A DNA stretch of 60,710 bases from an uncultured Bacilli bacterium (GTDB lineage: Bacteria; Bacillota_I; Bacilli_A; RF39; UBA660), in NCBI GenBank assembly GCA_910577075.1, contig CAJTKV010000002.1, forward strand, positions 20,455 to 81,164, read 5' to 3'. Numbering within the stretch: position 1 is the first letter of the stretch; each line of letters starts with the position of its first letter. The translations under genes were made by a program, and so were the position numbers. The notes under the pieces are model-generated. The model was not told the origin of the DNA. It saw only the letters and a list, made by a program, of their open reading frames with translations, and did no database searches. Shown piece by piece: positions 31,294 through 41,084 of this stretch.

Positions 31294-31427
31294 AACACAT
31301 GATACTTACATTATACTACATTTGTAAAACTATATAAATGTTTTATAAGTATGTTTTAAAATAAAATGCTTTTTCTTTTATTATGAAGCAAAAAATGTTA
31401 AAATAGATATAAGGAGAATTGAAGACT

Positions 31428-32219
31428 ATGAAAAAGTTTTTTTCTAATATAAAAAAATATTACAAATATGCAGTGCGTTCTGCTAAAGCAGAATTAAAAA
31501 GTGAAGTATCAGATTCATATCTTAATTGGTTATGGTGGATTATTGAACCATTTTGTTTTATGTTGATTTATACATTTGTCTTTGGTGTAATATTTCCCAA
31601 TAACACACCATATTTTGCATCATTCGTATTTATTGGTTTAACAGCGTGGGATTTTTTCAATAGAATGATAACGGGAAGTGTTAAATTAATAACTAATAAT
31701 CGTGATTTGGTAACTAAAGTATACATACCTAAATATATTCTTTTATTATCTAAATCTTTTACATATCTATTTAAGATGGGAATTTCTCTTATAATTACGT
31801 TCGGACTTATGATATTTCAGCACGTTCCATTATCAATTCATTTATTATGGTTTATTCCGATAATAATTGTGCTATATATTATTTCATTTGGTATAGGTAT
31901 GATTTTGATGCACTTTGGTGTAACCTTAAACGACTTGGGTAATTTAACGAATATTGCTCTTCGTATGGTGTTTTACCTTTCAGGTATCTTTTACAACATC
32001 AACGAAAAATTGGGATCAAAGAATCCAAAATTGTGTTTCTTTTTACTGCGTGTTAATCCTATAGCTTTTTGCATGAATGAACTTAGAAAGACGATGCTAT
32101 TTGCCAAGGCTCCAAGCATCGAAGGATTATTGTTTTGGCTAGTAATAGGTCTTATTTTATGTGCAACAGGTGCACACGTAATTCATAAAAATGAAAATAG
32201 TTATGCGAAGGTGATATAG
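31428..32219 (+). CDS. tagG: Teichoic-acid/polysaccharide ABC-2 export permease
   Basis: ABC-2 six-TM topology with 'YLNWLWWIIEPF' at the N-terminus. Immediately upstream of a TagH-type ATPase. Confidence 0.8.
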   Translation: MKKFFSNIKKYYKYAVRSAKAELKSEVSDSYLNWLWWIIEPFCFMLIYTFVFGVIFPNNTPYFASFVFIGLTAWDFFNRMITGSVKLITNNRDLVTKVYIPKYILLLSKSFTYLFKMGISLIITFGLMIFQHVPLSIHLLWFIPIIIVLYIISFGIGMILMHFGVTLNDLGNLTNIALRMVFYLSGIFYNINEKLGSKNPKLCFFLLRVNPIAFCMNELRKTMLFAKAPSIEGLLFWLVIGLILCATGAHVIHKNENSYAKVI

Positions 32220-32220
32220 T

Positions 32221-32979
32221 ATGAAAAAGAAGAGCATAAAAAAAGAAAAAAAGAAAAATATTGCTGTAACCGTTAAAGATCTTCATATTAGTTATCGTGG
32301 ATTAAAGAAAACTTCTATACGTGCTTCATGGAAACATTTTGGTGATAAAGTCGAAGTATATGAAGCCCTAAAAGGTGTTAGTTTTGAAATAGAAGAGGGT
32401 AAAATTCTTGGTATAATTGGCCAAAATGGTGCCGGCAAATCTACTATGTTAAGAGCAATAGCAGGAATTTTTTCTCCTGACAAAGGTTCTATTGATCTTC
32501 ACGGTCGCACAATATCTTTATTGTCCATTGGTGTTGGCTTTAATAAAAAATTAACAGGTAAAGAAAACATTTATCTATCGGGAATGCTATTGGGATTTTC
32601 TGAAGAGGAAATAGCTGCTAAGGAAAAGGAAATAATTGAATTTGCCGATATCGGAGAATTTATAAAAAAACCAGTTAAAACATATTCATCAGGTATGTAT
32701 TCCAAGTTAGCCTTTGCCATTACCGCGATATTAGAAACGGATATTATGCTTATCGATGAAGTGTTATCTGTCGGTGATGCCAAGTTTAAGGAAAAAAGCT
32801 ATAATAAGATGAAAGAATTGATTTCTGATACCCATCGTACAGTTATCATCGTCTCTCATAGTTTAGGAACGATAAGCGAATTATGCGATGAAGTATTATG
32901 GCTTGAAAAGGGCGAAGTAATAATGAAGGGTAGTGCTGAAGAAGTAATACCTAAATATCAAGAATTTATGAGTGTTTAA
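32221..32979 (+). CDS. tagH: Teichoic-acid export ATP-binding protein
   Basis: 'GIIGQNGAGKSTMLR', 'YSSGMYSKLAFAI' and 'MLIDEVLSVGD', a TagH/KpsT-type short ABC ATPase. Confidence 0.85.
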   Translation: MKKKSIKKEKKKNIAVTVKDLHISYRGLKKTSIRASWKHFGDKVEVYEALKGVSFEIEEGKILGIIGQNGAGKSTMLRAIAGIFSPDKGSIDLHGRTISLLSIGVGFNKKLTGKENIYLSGMLLGFSEEEIAAKEKEIIEFADIGEFIKKPVKTYSSGMYSKLAFAITAILETDIMLIDEVLSVGDAKFKEKSYNKMKELISDTHRTVIIVSHSLGTISELCDEVLWLEKGEVIMKGSAEEVIPKYQEFMSV

Positions 32980-32989
32980 GGAGGAAATT

Positions 32990-33436
32990 ATGAAAAGAAT
33001 ACTTACATATGGAACATTTGATTTATTGCATTATGGACACATAAGATTATTAAAAAGAGCAAAGGAATTAGGAGATTATTTGATTGTAGCCGTCTCTACA
33101 GATGAATTTAACGCTATAAAAAATAAGACATCATATCATAATTATGAAACTAGAAAGAAAATGCTTGAAGCAATAAGATATGTCGATTTAGTCATTCCTG
33201 AAGAAAATTGGGAGCAGAAAAAGGATGATGTAATTAATTACCATGTTGATGTCGTAGTCATGGGAAGTGATTGGGCTGGATCTGACAAATTTGATTATCT
33301 AAAGGAATATTGTGAGGTAAAATATTTAGACCGAACTGAAGGTGTTTCAACGACAAAAATAAAGCAAGATTTAGGCTTGCAAGAACCAATTAATGGAGTA
33401 GATCAAATACCAGAAGACTCAGTTAACAAAAAATAG
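32990..33436 (+). CDS. tagD: Glycerol-3-phosphate cytidylyltransferase
   Basis: 'TYGTFDLLHYGHIRLLKRAKELGDYLIVAVSTDEFN' and 'VMGSDWAG..KFDYLKEYCEVKYLDRTEGVSTTKIK' are close to B. subtilis TagD. RBS 'aaggagg'. Confidence 0.92.
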   Translation: MKRILTYGTFDLLHYGHIRLLKRAKELGDYLIVAVSTDEFNAIKNKTSYHNYETRKKMLEAIRYVDLVIPEENWEQKKDDVINYHVDVVVMGSDWAGSDKFDYLKEYCEVKYLDRTEGVSTTKIKQDLGLQEPINGVDQIPEDSVNKK

Positions 33437-33497
33437 ATAAATTTTTTATCTATTTTTTAATTTTTGTGATACAATTTAATTGTGAGGTTTGGCTCGT

Positions 33498-35642
33498 ATG
33501 GAAAAATTAATTAATGGATTTTATAAAACAATAATAATTATAATGATTGCCTTATGGGGAATAATAACATTCTCCTCGTGTTTTCACATATACGGAAGAG
33601 GTTATAACCCGATAATAATCATTATAGGAGCTATTATTGTTTTTTCATTGATATATAACTTTTATAGACAAGTTGGTCGTACAGATACCAAAAAACATGA
33701 TAAGATTGCCTTTGGGATATTTGCCATAACATTCAGTTTAATGCTTCTTTGGGGAATAAATACTCAAGTCGTACCAGCATATGATTTATCGCATATAATG
33801 GCCAAAAGTGATAGCATGCTTCTTAATAATCATCTTTTTGGAAGTGATCTTTATTTTTCAATATATCCCACTCAAATACCTATAACTATTTTGGTATATG
33901 GCGTAAAATCAATTGGAAGCTTACTAGGCTTTGCCAACCCGGCGGAGTTTATGATTATGTATAATGCCTTCATGACCTCTTTAATGCTTTTATTCATCTA
34001 TAAAATTGGTAAAAAACTGACGAATAGTCGTCTAGCTCTTACTATGATGCTTATTGCCGCTATGTATCCCGATTTCTATCTTTTTATACCTTATTACTAT
34101 ACGGATATCATTTTTCTACCATTTGCTATAATCGGCTTTTATTGCCTGCTAAAATCGGAAGAAAAACACCAAAATCTTTATCTTTTAATCGCCGGTCTCC
34201 TCTTTGGCATTGGCTTTAAAATTCGCGTAACGGTGATGATTCTTTTAATTGCCTATATTGCTTCTATGTTTAGAAATTATTCTATTAAAGATATTGCCAA
34301 GCGAACTTTTATTATTCTTTTTGGCGTTATCATAACAATTATTTCCTATAGCAAAATCATCTATCCCGAGTTTCATGTTGAACTAGATGAGAATGTCAAG
34401 GTACCAATGACTCACTGGATAATGATGGGAACAAATAAAGAGACAAATGGCGGTTACACCGATGCTGATATCAATTTTTCCATTCACGCATCTAACAAAA
34501 ATGAAGAGATATTAAAAGTTATAAAAAAACGACTAACTAAACTTGATTTGCCATTTTTTTATAACAAGATAAGAAAAGTATGGTCCGAAGGAGATCATGA
34601 TATTCAAAGAAAATATGCCCTAACTCTTCACATGAATGACTTAAGAACTGCTGTTCGTGGAGAATTAAGTGGAATAGGCCGCAACTATGCGCAAATAATG
34701 AAATTTGCTATTTATCTCTTATTCTTCATTATGTTAATTAAAGAATTTATTAACTGTAATTTTAAGAAAAGTAAAAATGCCCCAATTGTTATATGCATTT
34801 TTGGAGCAATTATATTTTATTTAATATGGGAAGCCTTAAGCCGCTATAGTTTCTCGTTCTTGCCGATTATTATCCTCGGAACATTCTCGGGAATTGCCTC
34901 AATTACTAAATTAATAGATCAAAAAGATATAGGAAAAATAAATGTAGATAAAGCAAAGAAAATAATGGGTTCCCTTTTGATTGTAACAGTCATTATAGCA
35001 GTTATTGTATCGAGTGTATACTATATTAAACATCCAGCAAAGATGGAAATTGAACGCAATGCCCAGATATATTCAACGCGAACATACACTCCAATGATAG
35101 ATAATACCTTAAAACAAGTATTCCGCGTCGATGGGAATTTTAACAACATTCAACTGAAAATGATGACTGATCATTTAATGACGCCACTTAGTTATCATTA
35201 TAAAATTTATAAAAGTGATGATACATTAATAGAAGAGGGAAATGTTTTACTTGAACCCAATGAAGAACATATTGTAAGAAAAGTAAAACTTAATTTTGAT
35301 ACAATTAAAGTCGATAAAAAAAGTGAATTTTACCTTTTATTTTATTCGGATGATGCCACTGTAGATAATTTTATCTCTCTAAATTCCTATGAACTAAAAC
35401 AAAAATTAAAAAATTCTGATGTATCCAGCCCGGAGTTCTATGGTTCTGATTATGATATTAATCCTAATGCTGAAACCTATTTCGATGGAGTTTTATCCAA
35501 GGGAAATCTCTATTTCCGCGTATTTGAAAAGAAGAAGCAAATTATTATAAATAACAGATACTTTATTATTATTTCGTTTTTTGTTATACTTATCATTATA
35601 GGAAACCTATATATGTGTTTCTTGAAGAGGAGAAATGTTTAA
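33498..35642 (+). CDS. GT-C fold polytopic membrane glycosyltransferase (PMT/ArnT/YfhO-like)
   Basis: About 12 TM segments, an acidic first loop ('AYDLSHIMAKSD'), a ~190-aa extracytoplasmic C-terminal domain and a final TM. TAATG-coupled to a GtrB-like GT2. Confidence 0.65.
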   Translation: MEKLINGFYKTIIIIMIALWGIITFSSCFHIYGRGYNPIIIIIGAIIVFSLIYNFYRQVGRTDTKKHDKIAFGIFAITFSLMLLWGINTQVVPAYDLSHIMAKSDSMLLNNHLFGSDLYFSIYPTQIPITILVYGVKSIGSLLGFANPAEFMIMYNAFMTSLMLLFIYKIGKKLTNSRLALTMMLIAAMYPDFYLFIPYYYTDIIFLPFAIIGFYCLLKSEEKHQNLYLLIAGLLFGIGFKIRVTVMILLIAYIASMFRNYSIKDIAKRTFIILFGVIITIISYSKIIYPEFHVELDENVKVPMTHWIMMGTNKETNGGYTDADINFSIHASNKNEEILKVIKKRLTKLDLPFFYNKIRKVWSEGDHDIQRKYALTLHMNDLRTAVRGELSGIGRNYAQIMKFAIYLLFFIMLIKEFINCNFKKSKNAPIVICIFGAIIFYLIWEALSRYSFSFLPIIILGTFSGIASITKLIDQKDIGKINVDKAKKIMGSLLIVTVIIAVIVSSVYYIKHPAKMEIERNAQIYSTRTYTPMIDNTLKQVFRVDGNFNNIQLKMMTDHLMTPLSYHYKIYKSDDTLIEEGNVLLEPNEEHIVRKVKLNFDTIKVDKKSEFYLLFYSDDATVDNFISLNSYELKQKLKNSDVSSPEFYGSDYDINPNAETYFDGVLSKGNLYFRVFEKKKQIIINNRYFIIISFFVILIIIGNLYMCFLKRRNV

Positions 35643-36592
35643 TGGAGAAGTTACCATTACTTAATTTGGTTATTCCTTGCTACAATGAGGGGGAAGCCTT
35701 ACCATATACTAAAAAGGAATTAGATCGCAAAATGCACGATTTAATCGACAATAAATTAATTAGCGCTAAGAGTAAAGTTGTCTTAGTTAACGATGGTTCT
35801 AAAGATAATACTTGGGACGAAATCGAAAGTATGAATAAAACAGACAAGATGTATGTTGGAATTAAACTAGCGCATAATAGAGGACATCAAAATGCCTTGT
35901 TAGCAGGGCTCCTTTATGCTAAAGATCATGCCGACATTGCCATAAGTATGGATGCTGATTTGCAAGATGACATTAATGTTATGGATGATATGATAGCTAA
36001 ATTCAAAGAAGGAGCAGATATCGTTTATGGCGTTAGAAATTCTCGCAAGAGTGACACATTCTTTAAGCGTTTTACAGCCGAAGGTTTTTATCGCTTTATG
36101 TCCTTGATGGGCGTAGATATCGTCTTTAATCATGCTGATTGTCGTCTTATGTCTAAAAGAGCTATAGAGGGATTAGCTGAATACCAAGAAGTAAATCTTT
36201 TCTTGCGTGGGATTGTACCTCAAATAGGGTATAAAACGGATATTGCCTACTATTCGCGCAATGAAAGAGTAGCTGGCGAGAGCAAATATCCTTTGAAAAG
36301 GATGTTATCATTCGCCTTAGATGGAATTACCTCTTTTAGCGTTAAACCACTAAAAATGATTACAGCAATTGGCTTTATCATCTTGCTTTTGAGTTTTATA
36401 ATTCTAATCTATTCGGTTATCATGAAAATTGCTGGTAACACAGTATCTGGCTGGACATTCATTGTATGCTCAATCTGGCTTATTGGTGGAATTCAAACTC
36501 TATGTTTGGGCATCATTGGTGAATATATTGGAAAAATTTATAACGAATCTAAACATCGCCCACGATATATTATTGAAAGTATCCTTGATTAG
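35642..36592 (+). CDS. GT2 polyprenol-phosphate glycosyltransferase (GtrB/CsbB-like)
   Basis: 'LNLVIPCYNEGE', 'VNDGSKDNT', 'SMDADLQDD' and two C-terminal TM helices with 'GEYIGKIYNESKHRPRY'. Confidence 0.85.
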   Translation: MEKLPLLNLVIPCYNEGEALPYTKKELDRKMHDLIDNKLISAKSKVVLVNDGSKDNTWDEIESMNKTDKMYVGIKLAHNRGHQNALLAGLLYAKDHADIAISMDADLQDDINVMDDMIAKFKEGADIVYGVRNSRKSDTFFKRFTAEGFYRFMSLMGVDIVFNHADCRLMSKRAIEGLAEYQEVNLFLRGIVPQIGYKTDIAYYSRNERVAGESKYPLKRMLSFALDGITSFSVKPLKMITAIGFIILLLSFIILIYSVIMKIAGNTVSGWTFIVCSIWLIGGIQTLCLGIIGEYIGKIYNESKHRPRYIIESILD

Positions 36593-36678
36593 AACTGTTA
36601 AAAATAAGTATAATTAAGTAATAAGTTATTGTTTGTCTTAATATTATTTGTTAGAATATAAATAGGAATGGTGATAAT

Positions 36679-37185
36679 ATGGCAAAGAAAATTCCGACAA
36701 AAAATTATGTTATCCTTTTTGGTATAGCAGTTCTTATTGTATGTGGCTGCTTTGCGTTTTACAATGTTTATAATGAAGTTAAAGATAATAACATCAGTTC
36801 AAGTCCGTTGTCTACTCATCAAGTTCTTTATGAAGATTTAACAGATACGACGGTTGAAATGAATGCAGATACTCTTTTGCTTGTAAGTTATGTTCAAGAC
36901 GAAAGTGTTCACAATAACGAAAAAGATATAAGAAAAATGCTCAATAAGAAAAATTTATTAGATAATGTTTTATACTTAGATGTTACAGAATATAAAGATC
37001 AAGATAATTTTATTAATGAATTGAATAAAACTTTGAAATTAGAAGAAAAATTAAAAATAGATAAAATACCTGCTGTAATTTATTATAAAGATGGGATTCC
37101 GACAATTACCATTGATTCAAAGAGTCATCTAGTTAATGCGGGAGATTTTGAACACATAATAGATATGTATCAATTAGCAAGTTAA
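36679..37185 (+). CDS. Membrane-anchored protein, possible thioredoxin-like fold without CxxC
   Basis: N-terminal TM. 'IPAVIYYKDG' resembles the thioredoxin cis-Pro strand. There is no CxxC motif. Confidence 0.35.
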   Translation: MAKKIPTKNYVILFGIAVLIVCGCFAFYNVYNEVKDNNISSSPLSTHQVLYEDLTDTTVEMNADTLLLVSYVQDESVHNNEKDIRKMLNKKNLLDNVLYLDVTEYKDQDNFINELNKTLKLEEKLKIDKIPAVIYYKDGIPTITIDSKSHLVNAGDFEHIIDMYQLAS

Positions 37186-37210
37186 TACTTGCTTTTTTTA
37201 GGAGGAAATT

Positions 37211-37726
37211 ATGATAAATATTGTTTTATTTGAACCAGAAATTCCCGGAAATACGGGAAACATTATGCGAACTTGTGTGGCAACAAATACGAAATTACAT
37301 TTAATTAAACCATTGGGATTTTCTCTTGATGAAAAATATATTAGGAGAAGTGGTGTAAATTATATTGATAAATGTGATTATGAGGTATATGAAAACATCG
37401 AGGACTTTTATTCTAAAAATAAGGGAACATATTATTATCTAACTAGGTATGGTCATAAACCACACACTTCCTTTGATTATTCCAATAAAGAGGAAAATAT
37501 TTACTTTATTTTTGGAAAAGAATCCACAGGTATTCCTCCGAAACTTTTAAAACCTCATATTGAAAATTGTATGCGAATACCAATGACGGACAATGTTAGA
37601 GCATTAAATCTATCTAATTCTGTTGCCATAATGGTCTATGAAGCTCTAAGACAGCAGGATTTTTTAGAATTGTTAAGAGAAGAACCTCATAAAAGTAAAA
37701 ATTTTATAGAAGAATCAATTGATTAA
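37211..37726 (+). CDS. trmL: tRNA (cytidine/uridine34-2'-O)-methyltransferase, SpoU/TrmH class
   Basis: 'IVLFEPEIPGNTGNIMRTC', 'FIFGKESTGIP' and 'MRIPM...VRALNLSNSVAIMVYEALRQ'. Length ~170 aa. Confidence 0.9.
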   Translation: MINIVLFEPEIPGNTGNIMRTCVATNTKLHLIKPLGFSLDEKYIRRSGVNYIDKCDYEVYENIEDFYSKNKGTYYYLTRYGHKPHTSFDYSNKEENIYFIFGKESTGIPPKLLKPHIENCMRIPMTDNVRALNLSNSVAIMVYEALRQQDFLELLREEPHKSKNFIEESID

Positions 37727-37744
37727 AAAAAGGAGAGTTACCAC

Positions 37745-38173
37745 TTACTCTCCTTTTTCTGTTTCCTTATTTTCTTTTTTCTTTTTAGAGTCACACGCTT
37801 TACTCTTGCAATCTTCTGAATCACAATCGCACTCATCAGAATCACAATCACATTCATCGTCTTCACAGTCACATTGTTCGCAACAACATGAATCACAGCC
37901 ACAACTTTCATCATCAGACTCATCGTCAACATTCTCGTTTTCTTCAATAGTCTTTTCTTCTTTGATTGCACTTTCTTTTGTATCTTTAGTTTCTTCAACT
38001 ATATCAATAGCGCAAACTGGACAAGCCTCTTCAGCTTCTTTTGCTTGCTCACTAGCTTCTTCTTTAATAACAGTAGATATTCCATCATCGTTAAAATCGA
38101 AATTTTCTGGATCAATGGCAACACAAGCTCCACATCCAATACACTTCTCTTGGTTTACTTTAACAATACTCAT
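37745..38173 (-). CDS. Single-cluster ferredoxin with a Cys/Asp/Glu-rich C-terminal extension
   Basis: 'CIGCGACVAIDP...ACPVCAI' (CxxCxxC...CP) in residues 11-54. Residues 91-127 hold 13 Cys within 'CGCDSCCCEQCDCEDDECDCDSDECDCDSEDCKSKAC'. Confidence 0.8.
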   Translation of the reverse strand: MSIVKVNQEKCIGCGACVAIDPENFDFNDDGISTVIKEEASEQAKEAEEACPVCAIDIVEETKDTKESAIKEEKTIEENENVDDESDDESCGCDSCCCEQCDCEDDECDCDSDECDCDSEDCKSKACDSKKKKENKETEKGE

Positions 38174-38283
38174 AAATCATCTTCCTTTCCTACTAAATTA
38201 TACAAATTTACATTAAAAAAAACAACTTATATATACAAAAAACACCCTTTTATGATAAAATTTTATTGAATAGGGTTGATATT

Positions 38284-39147
38284 ATGCAAAGTAGAATGGA
38301 TAAATATAATACCAGTAACGAAGTTGTTGGATCTCGTACCCAAAAGAATAAGGCTTTGTATGAAGAGCCTCACAGTGGAGATTTGACAAATTTTGATGTT
38401 AATTCAAATGAATCAGTTATTGGCGAAAGTAAAAACCGCATTGATGTTTCAGAAGTACAAAAGATTATCAGTGAAAGATATAGTTTAGATGCTCCAAAAC
38501 GCAAAAGTATAGAAATACCTGCCGTAGAAGAGCCTGCAGTTCAAGATACTTTGCAAAATACAAAAGAGTATGATATAAATGCCATATTGGCCAAAGCAAA
38601 ACAAGGAAAAAATGTCGATTATAACAAAGAAAGACTTAAGAAAGTCAGGGATGCTCAAATTGAAATTTTGAGTAATTTAGATTTAGAATTAAAAAAAGTC
38701 GAGGATCCTAAGACTCCTCACCAAAAGATGGCTGAAGAAAATCTTATGGAACTAATTAACACGATAACACAAATTGAAATAAAAAATAAAAAGGAGTACA
38801 CTCCATCATCAACTACAGAAGCCTTAGATTTATTGAGTGATTTAAAGGCCGATAATGACGAGGAAACTACCGAAGGTGAGACGGTTAACACAGAAGAAAG
38901 TCCAACTGAAGAATTTACAGAAGAATATACGGAAGAAATAACTGAAGATATAACTACTGATCATGACAAAACAACAAGGGTTTTATCGACCACAGAGATG
39001 GAAGCATACGATGAATTTTCAGATGTATCAAAACAAGATACAGCCTCCTTCATTTTAAAAATATTTATTTTTATTCTAATAATTGCCCTCATAGTAGGTG
39101 GCGTATATATATTAGATCAAATACTTGCCCTAGGATTATTTAAATAA
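38284..39147 (+). CDS. Hypothetical C-terminally membrane-anchored acidic protein
   Basis: ORF with a C-terminal TM 'FILKIFIFILIIALIVGGVYIL' and an E/T-rich segment. The start is uncertain (38266 TTG, 38284 or 38296 ATG). Confidence 0.5.
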   Translation: MQSRMDKYNTSNEVVGSRTQKNKALYEEPHSGDLTNFDVNSNESVIGESKNRIDVSEVQKIISERYSLDAPKRKSIEIPAVEEPAVQDTLQNTKEYDINAILAKAKQGKNVDYNKERLKKVRDAQIEILSNLDLELKKVEDPKTPHQKMAEENLMELINTITQIEIKNKKEYTPSSTTEALDLLSDLKADNDEETTEGETVNTEESPTEEFTEEYTEEITEDITTDHDKTTRVLSTTEMEAYDEFSDVSKQDTASFILKIFIFILIIALIVGGVYILDQILALGLFK

Positions 39148-39189
39148 TCCTTTTTTTAATATTTTTATAAATTCAGCATAAATATTAGT

Positions 39190-39897
39190 ATGAAAAGATT
39201 CAAATGTAAAAAGATAACTAAAGGAAAAATAGATGGAGTAATAGTACTCATTTTAATTATCACCCTTGTAATAATGCATTTTTTTAACAAAAATATAAGT
39301 CCCAAAATATATAATATAGCATTGTCAAAACTCGATGAAATAAATACTCTCTATATTAAGAAGGATATTCTTCCTAAGACGAACATTGATGAATTACTCA
39401 TTGTCAATTTAAATAGCAAAGAAGAAATTGTCTTTGTCGATGTCGATTATAATAAGGCCTATGAATTAATGAAAAAAATTATCGTGAAAATTCAGGATAA
39501 TCTTTTTTTATTGGAGCAAGGAAAAATAGAAAACTTTAAAAACGCAAAAGAATTAAAAAGTTATAACAATAATTTATATTTAGAGTTACCATTAGGGCTT
39601 GCCTATGATGGCGTTCTATTTTCCAATTTAGGACCAAAAATTCCCATTAAACTGAGCCTATATGAACACGTCTTGGGTACAGTAGAGACAGAAGTAAAGG
39701 AATATGGGATAAATAACGCCATTTTAAATGTTACCTTAACTATAACGCTTGAACAAAAACTAATTTTGCCATATCAAGAAGAGAAAATAGTTAATAATTA
39801 TGAATTAATCTTAGGATCAAAAGTGATAAACGGCAAAATACCTAGTTTATATAATGGTGCCTATAAAAGCAGTTCTAGTCTTATTGACATAGGTTGA
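39190..39897 (+). CDS. yunB: Sporulation protein YunB
   Basis: N-terminal TM. 'FSNLGPKIPIKL', 'EYGINNAILNVTLTI' and 'IPSLYNG' match B. subtilis YunB ('SNLGPKIPV', 'YGINNALVDISIY', 'VPNFYNG'). Confidence 0.8.
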   Translation: MKRFKCKKITKGKIDGVIVLILIITLVIMHFFNKNISPKIYNIALSKLDEINTLYIKKDILPKTNIDELLIVNLNSKEEIVFVDVDYNKAYELMKKIIVKIQDNLFLLEQGKIENFKNAKELKSYNNNLYLELPLGLAYDGVLFSNLGPKIPIKLSLYEHVLGTVETEVKEYGINNAILNVTLTITLEQKLILPYQEEKIVNNYELILGSKVINGKIPSLYNGAYKSSSSLIDIG

Positions 39898-39949
39898 CAC
39901 TAGAAATCTTGATTTAATTATGGTATTATTAATATAGTAGGGTGATTAT

Positions 39950-40768
39950 ATGGAGTACAGATACGTAGAAAAGTATTTTATTAACCCGGCAATTGAACAC
40001 GGAATTAGGGGATATCTAGCTTCAAAAGAAGATCTGGATTATCCTCAATGTTATACCTTTGAAATGTCGGTAATAAAAGCACTGACAATCATATATGGCG
40101 AAAAATCTATTCTGTTACCATATAAGATTGATAATGAGAAAGCTTTTGAATGTAATTTATTAATGTATGATTTAAAGGAAAGTGAAATGCGCGCATTTAT
40201 AAAATACATGAATGCTTATTACTATTTCTTGAAAAATTATAAGTCTCATGAAAAGGCGACAGGATTAATAAATGAAATAGAAAAGATAATTATTGAAATG
40301 ATTAACAAGCGCAGCAAAAGAAGAGAATTTACGCTTGAGGAAATAAAGGAATTTGATACTATTTTTAATCCTAGCGAAGGAACTTTAAAACAGCTTAAGA
40401 AACTAATTAGTACGGATAATGGATTGATTATAAAAAAATGGGAAGATAATAAATATGGTCTTACTAATACCCAAGTTAGACTGATGACTATTAATCCTAA
40501 TTTATTGAATCCAGATCGCTACTTAAGATTTGGATATGATATAAAACAAGTGGCAGTTTTATCAAATGCCGAAATTGATCACATCAATAACAAGATAATT
40601 GAAGAGGAAAATAGAATCTTTGAATTGGAAAAAAAGCCATCCTTATTCAAAAAGAGCAATTTAGTTTTGACTACGGGCAATGGCTTTGTTGACAAATTGA
40701 TGATCGTGAGCATTGTTATGACAGAAATAATGATTGGAGTAATAATCGTTTCGATTTTAGGGGGATAA
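39950..40768 (+). CDS. Hypothetical protein with a C-terminal TM
   Basis: RBS 'gggtga'. C-terminal 'MIVSIVMTEIMIGVIIVSIL'. No motif recognised. Confidence 0.55.
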   Translation: MEYRYVEKYFINPAIEHGIRGYLASKEDLDYPQCYTFEMSVIKALTIIYGEKSILLPYKIDNEKAFECNLLMYDLKESEMRAFIKYMNAYYYFLKNYKSHEKATGLINEIEKIIIEMINKRSKRREFTLEEIKEFDTIFNPSEGTLKQLKKLISTDNGLIIKKWEDNKYGLTNTQVRLMTINPNLLNPDRYLRFGYDIKQVAVLSNAEIDHINNKIIEEENRIFELEKKPSLFKKSNLVLTTGNGFVDKLMIVSIVMTEIMIGVIIVSILGG

Positions 40769-40769
40769 T

Positions 40770-41045
40770 ATGAAAGTTGTATTAAATGAGATAGAATATG
40801 AAATTGTTAAGAATTACCGTGAAGGATTTGATGCTGACGTGGTAAAGGAAAAAGCCACGGAATATTTTACCGAATTTGATTATATATTTGGTGATTGGGC
40901 TTATGGCAAACTTCGACTTAAAGGTTTCTATAAGAGAGATAATAGGCAAAAAGTTAAAAGTATAAATAATATAGAAAATTTAGATAAACATATCAAAGAA
41001 AATTGTGCTTATGATTGCAAATACTTTTTGCTTGAAAAGAAGTAA
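40770..41045 (+). CDS. yutD: YutD-like protein (DUF1027)
   Basis: 'KNYREGFDADVV...FDYIFGDWAYGKLRLKGFY' is the hallmark of the YutD family. Confidence 0.8.
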   Translation: MKVVLNEIEYEIVKNYREGFDADVVKEKATEYFTEFDYIFGDWAYGKLRLKGFYKRDNRQKVKSINNIENLDKHIKENCAYDCKYFLLEKK

Positions 41046-41084
41046 GTATATTGATATAATTAGACATGATAGAGAGGTGTAACT

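Noticed and set aside
37719-38216. 165-aa Ser-rich plus-strand ORF overlapping the ferredoxin gene
   Set aside because: It is the antisense mirror of the Cys/Asp/Glu codon repeats (gac/gaa/tgc read backwards give Ser/His/Gln). It has no RBS, and the minus-strand ferredoxin motifs are unambiguous.
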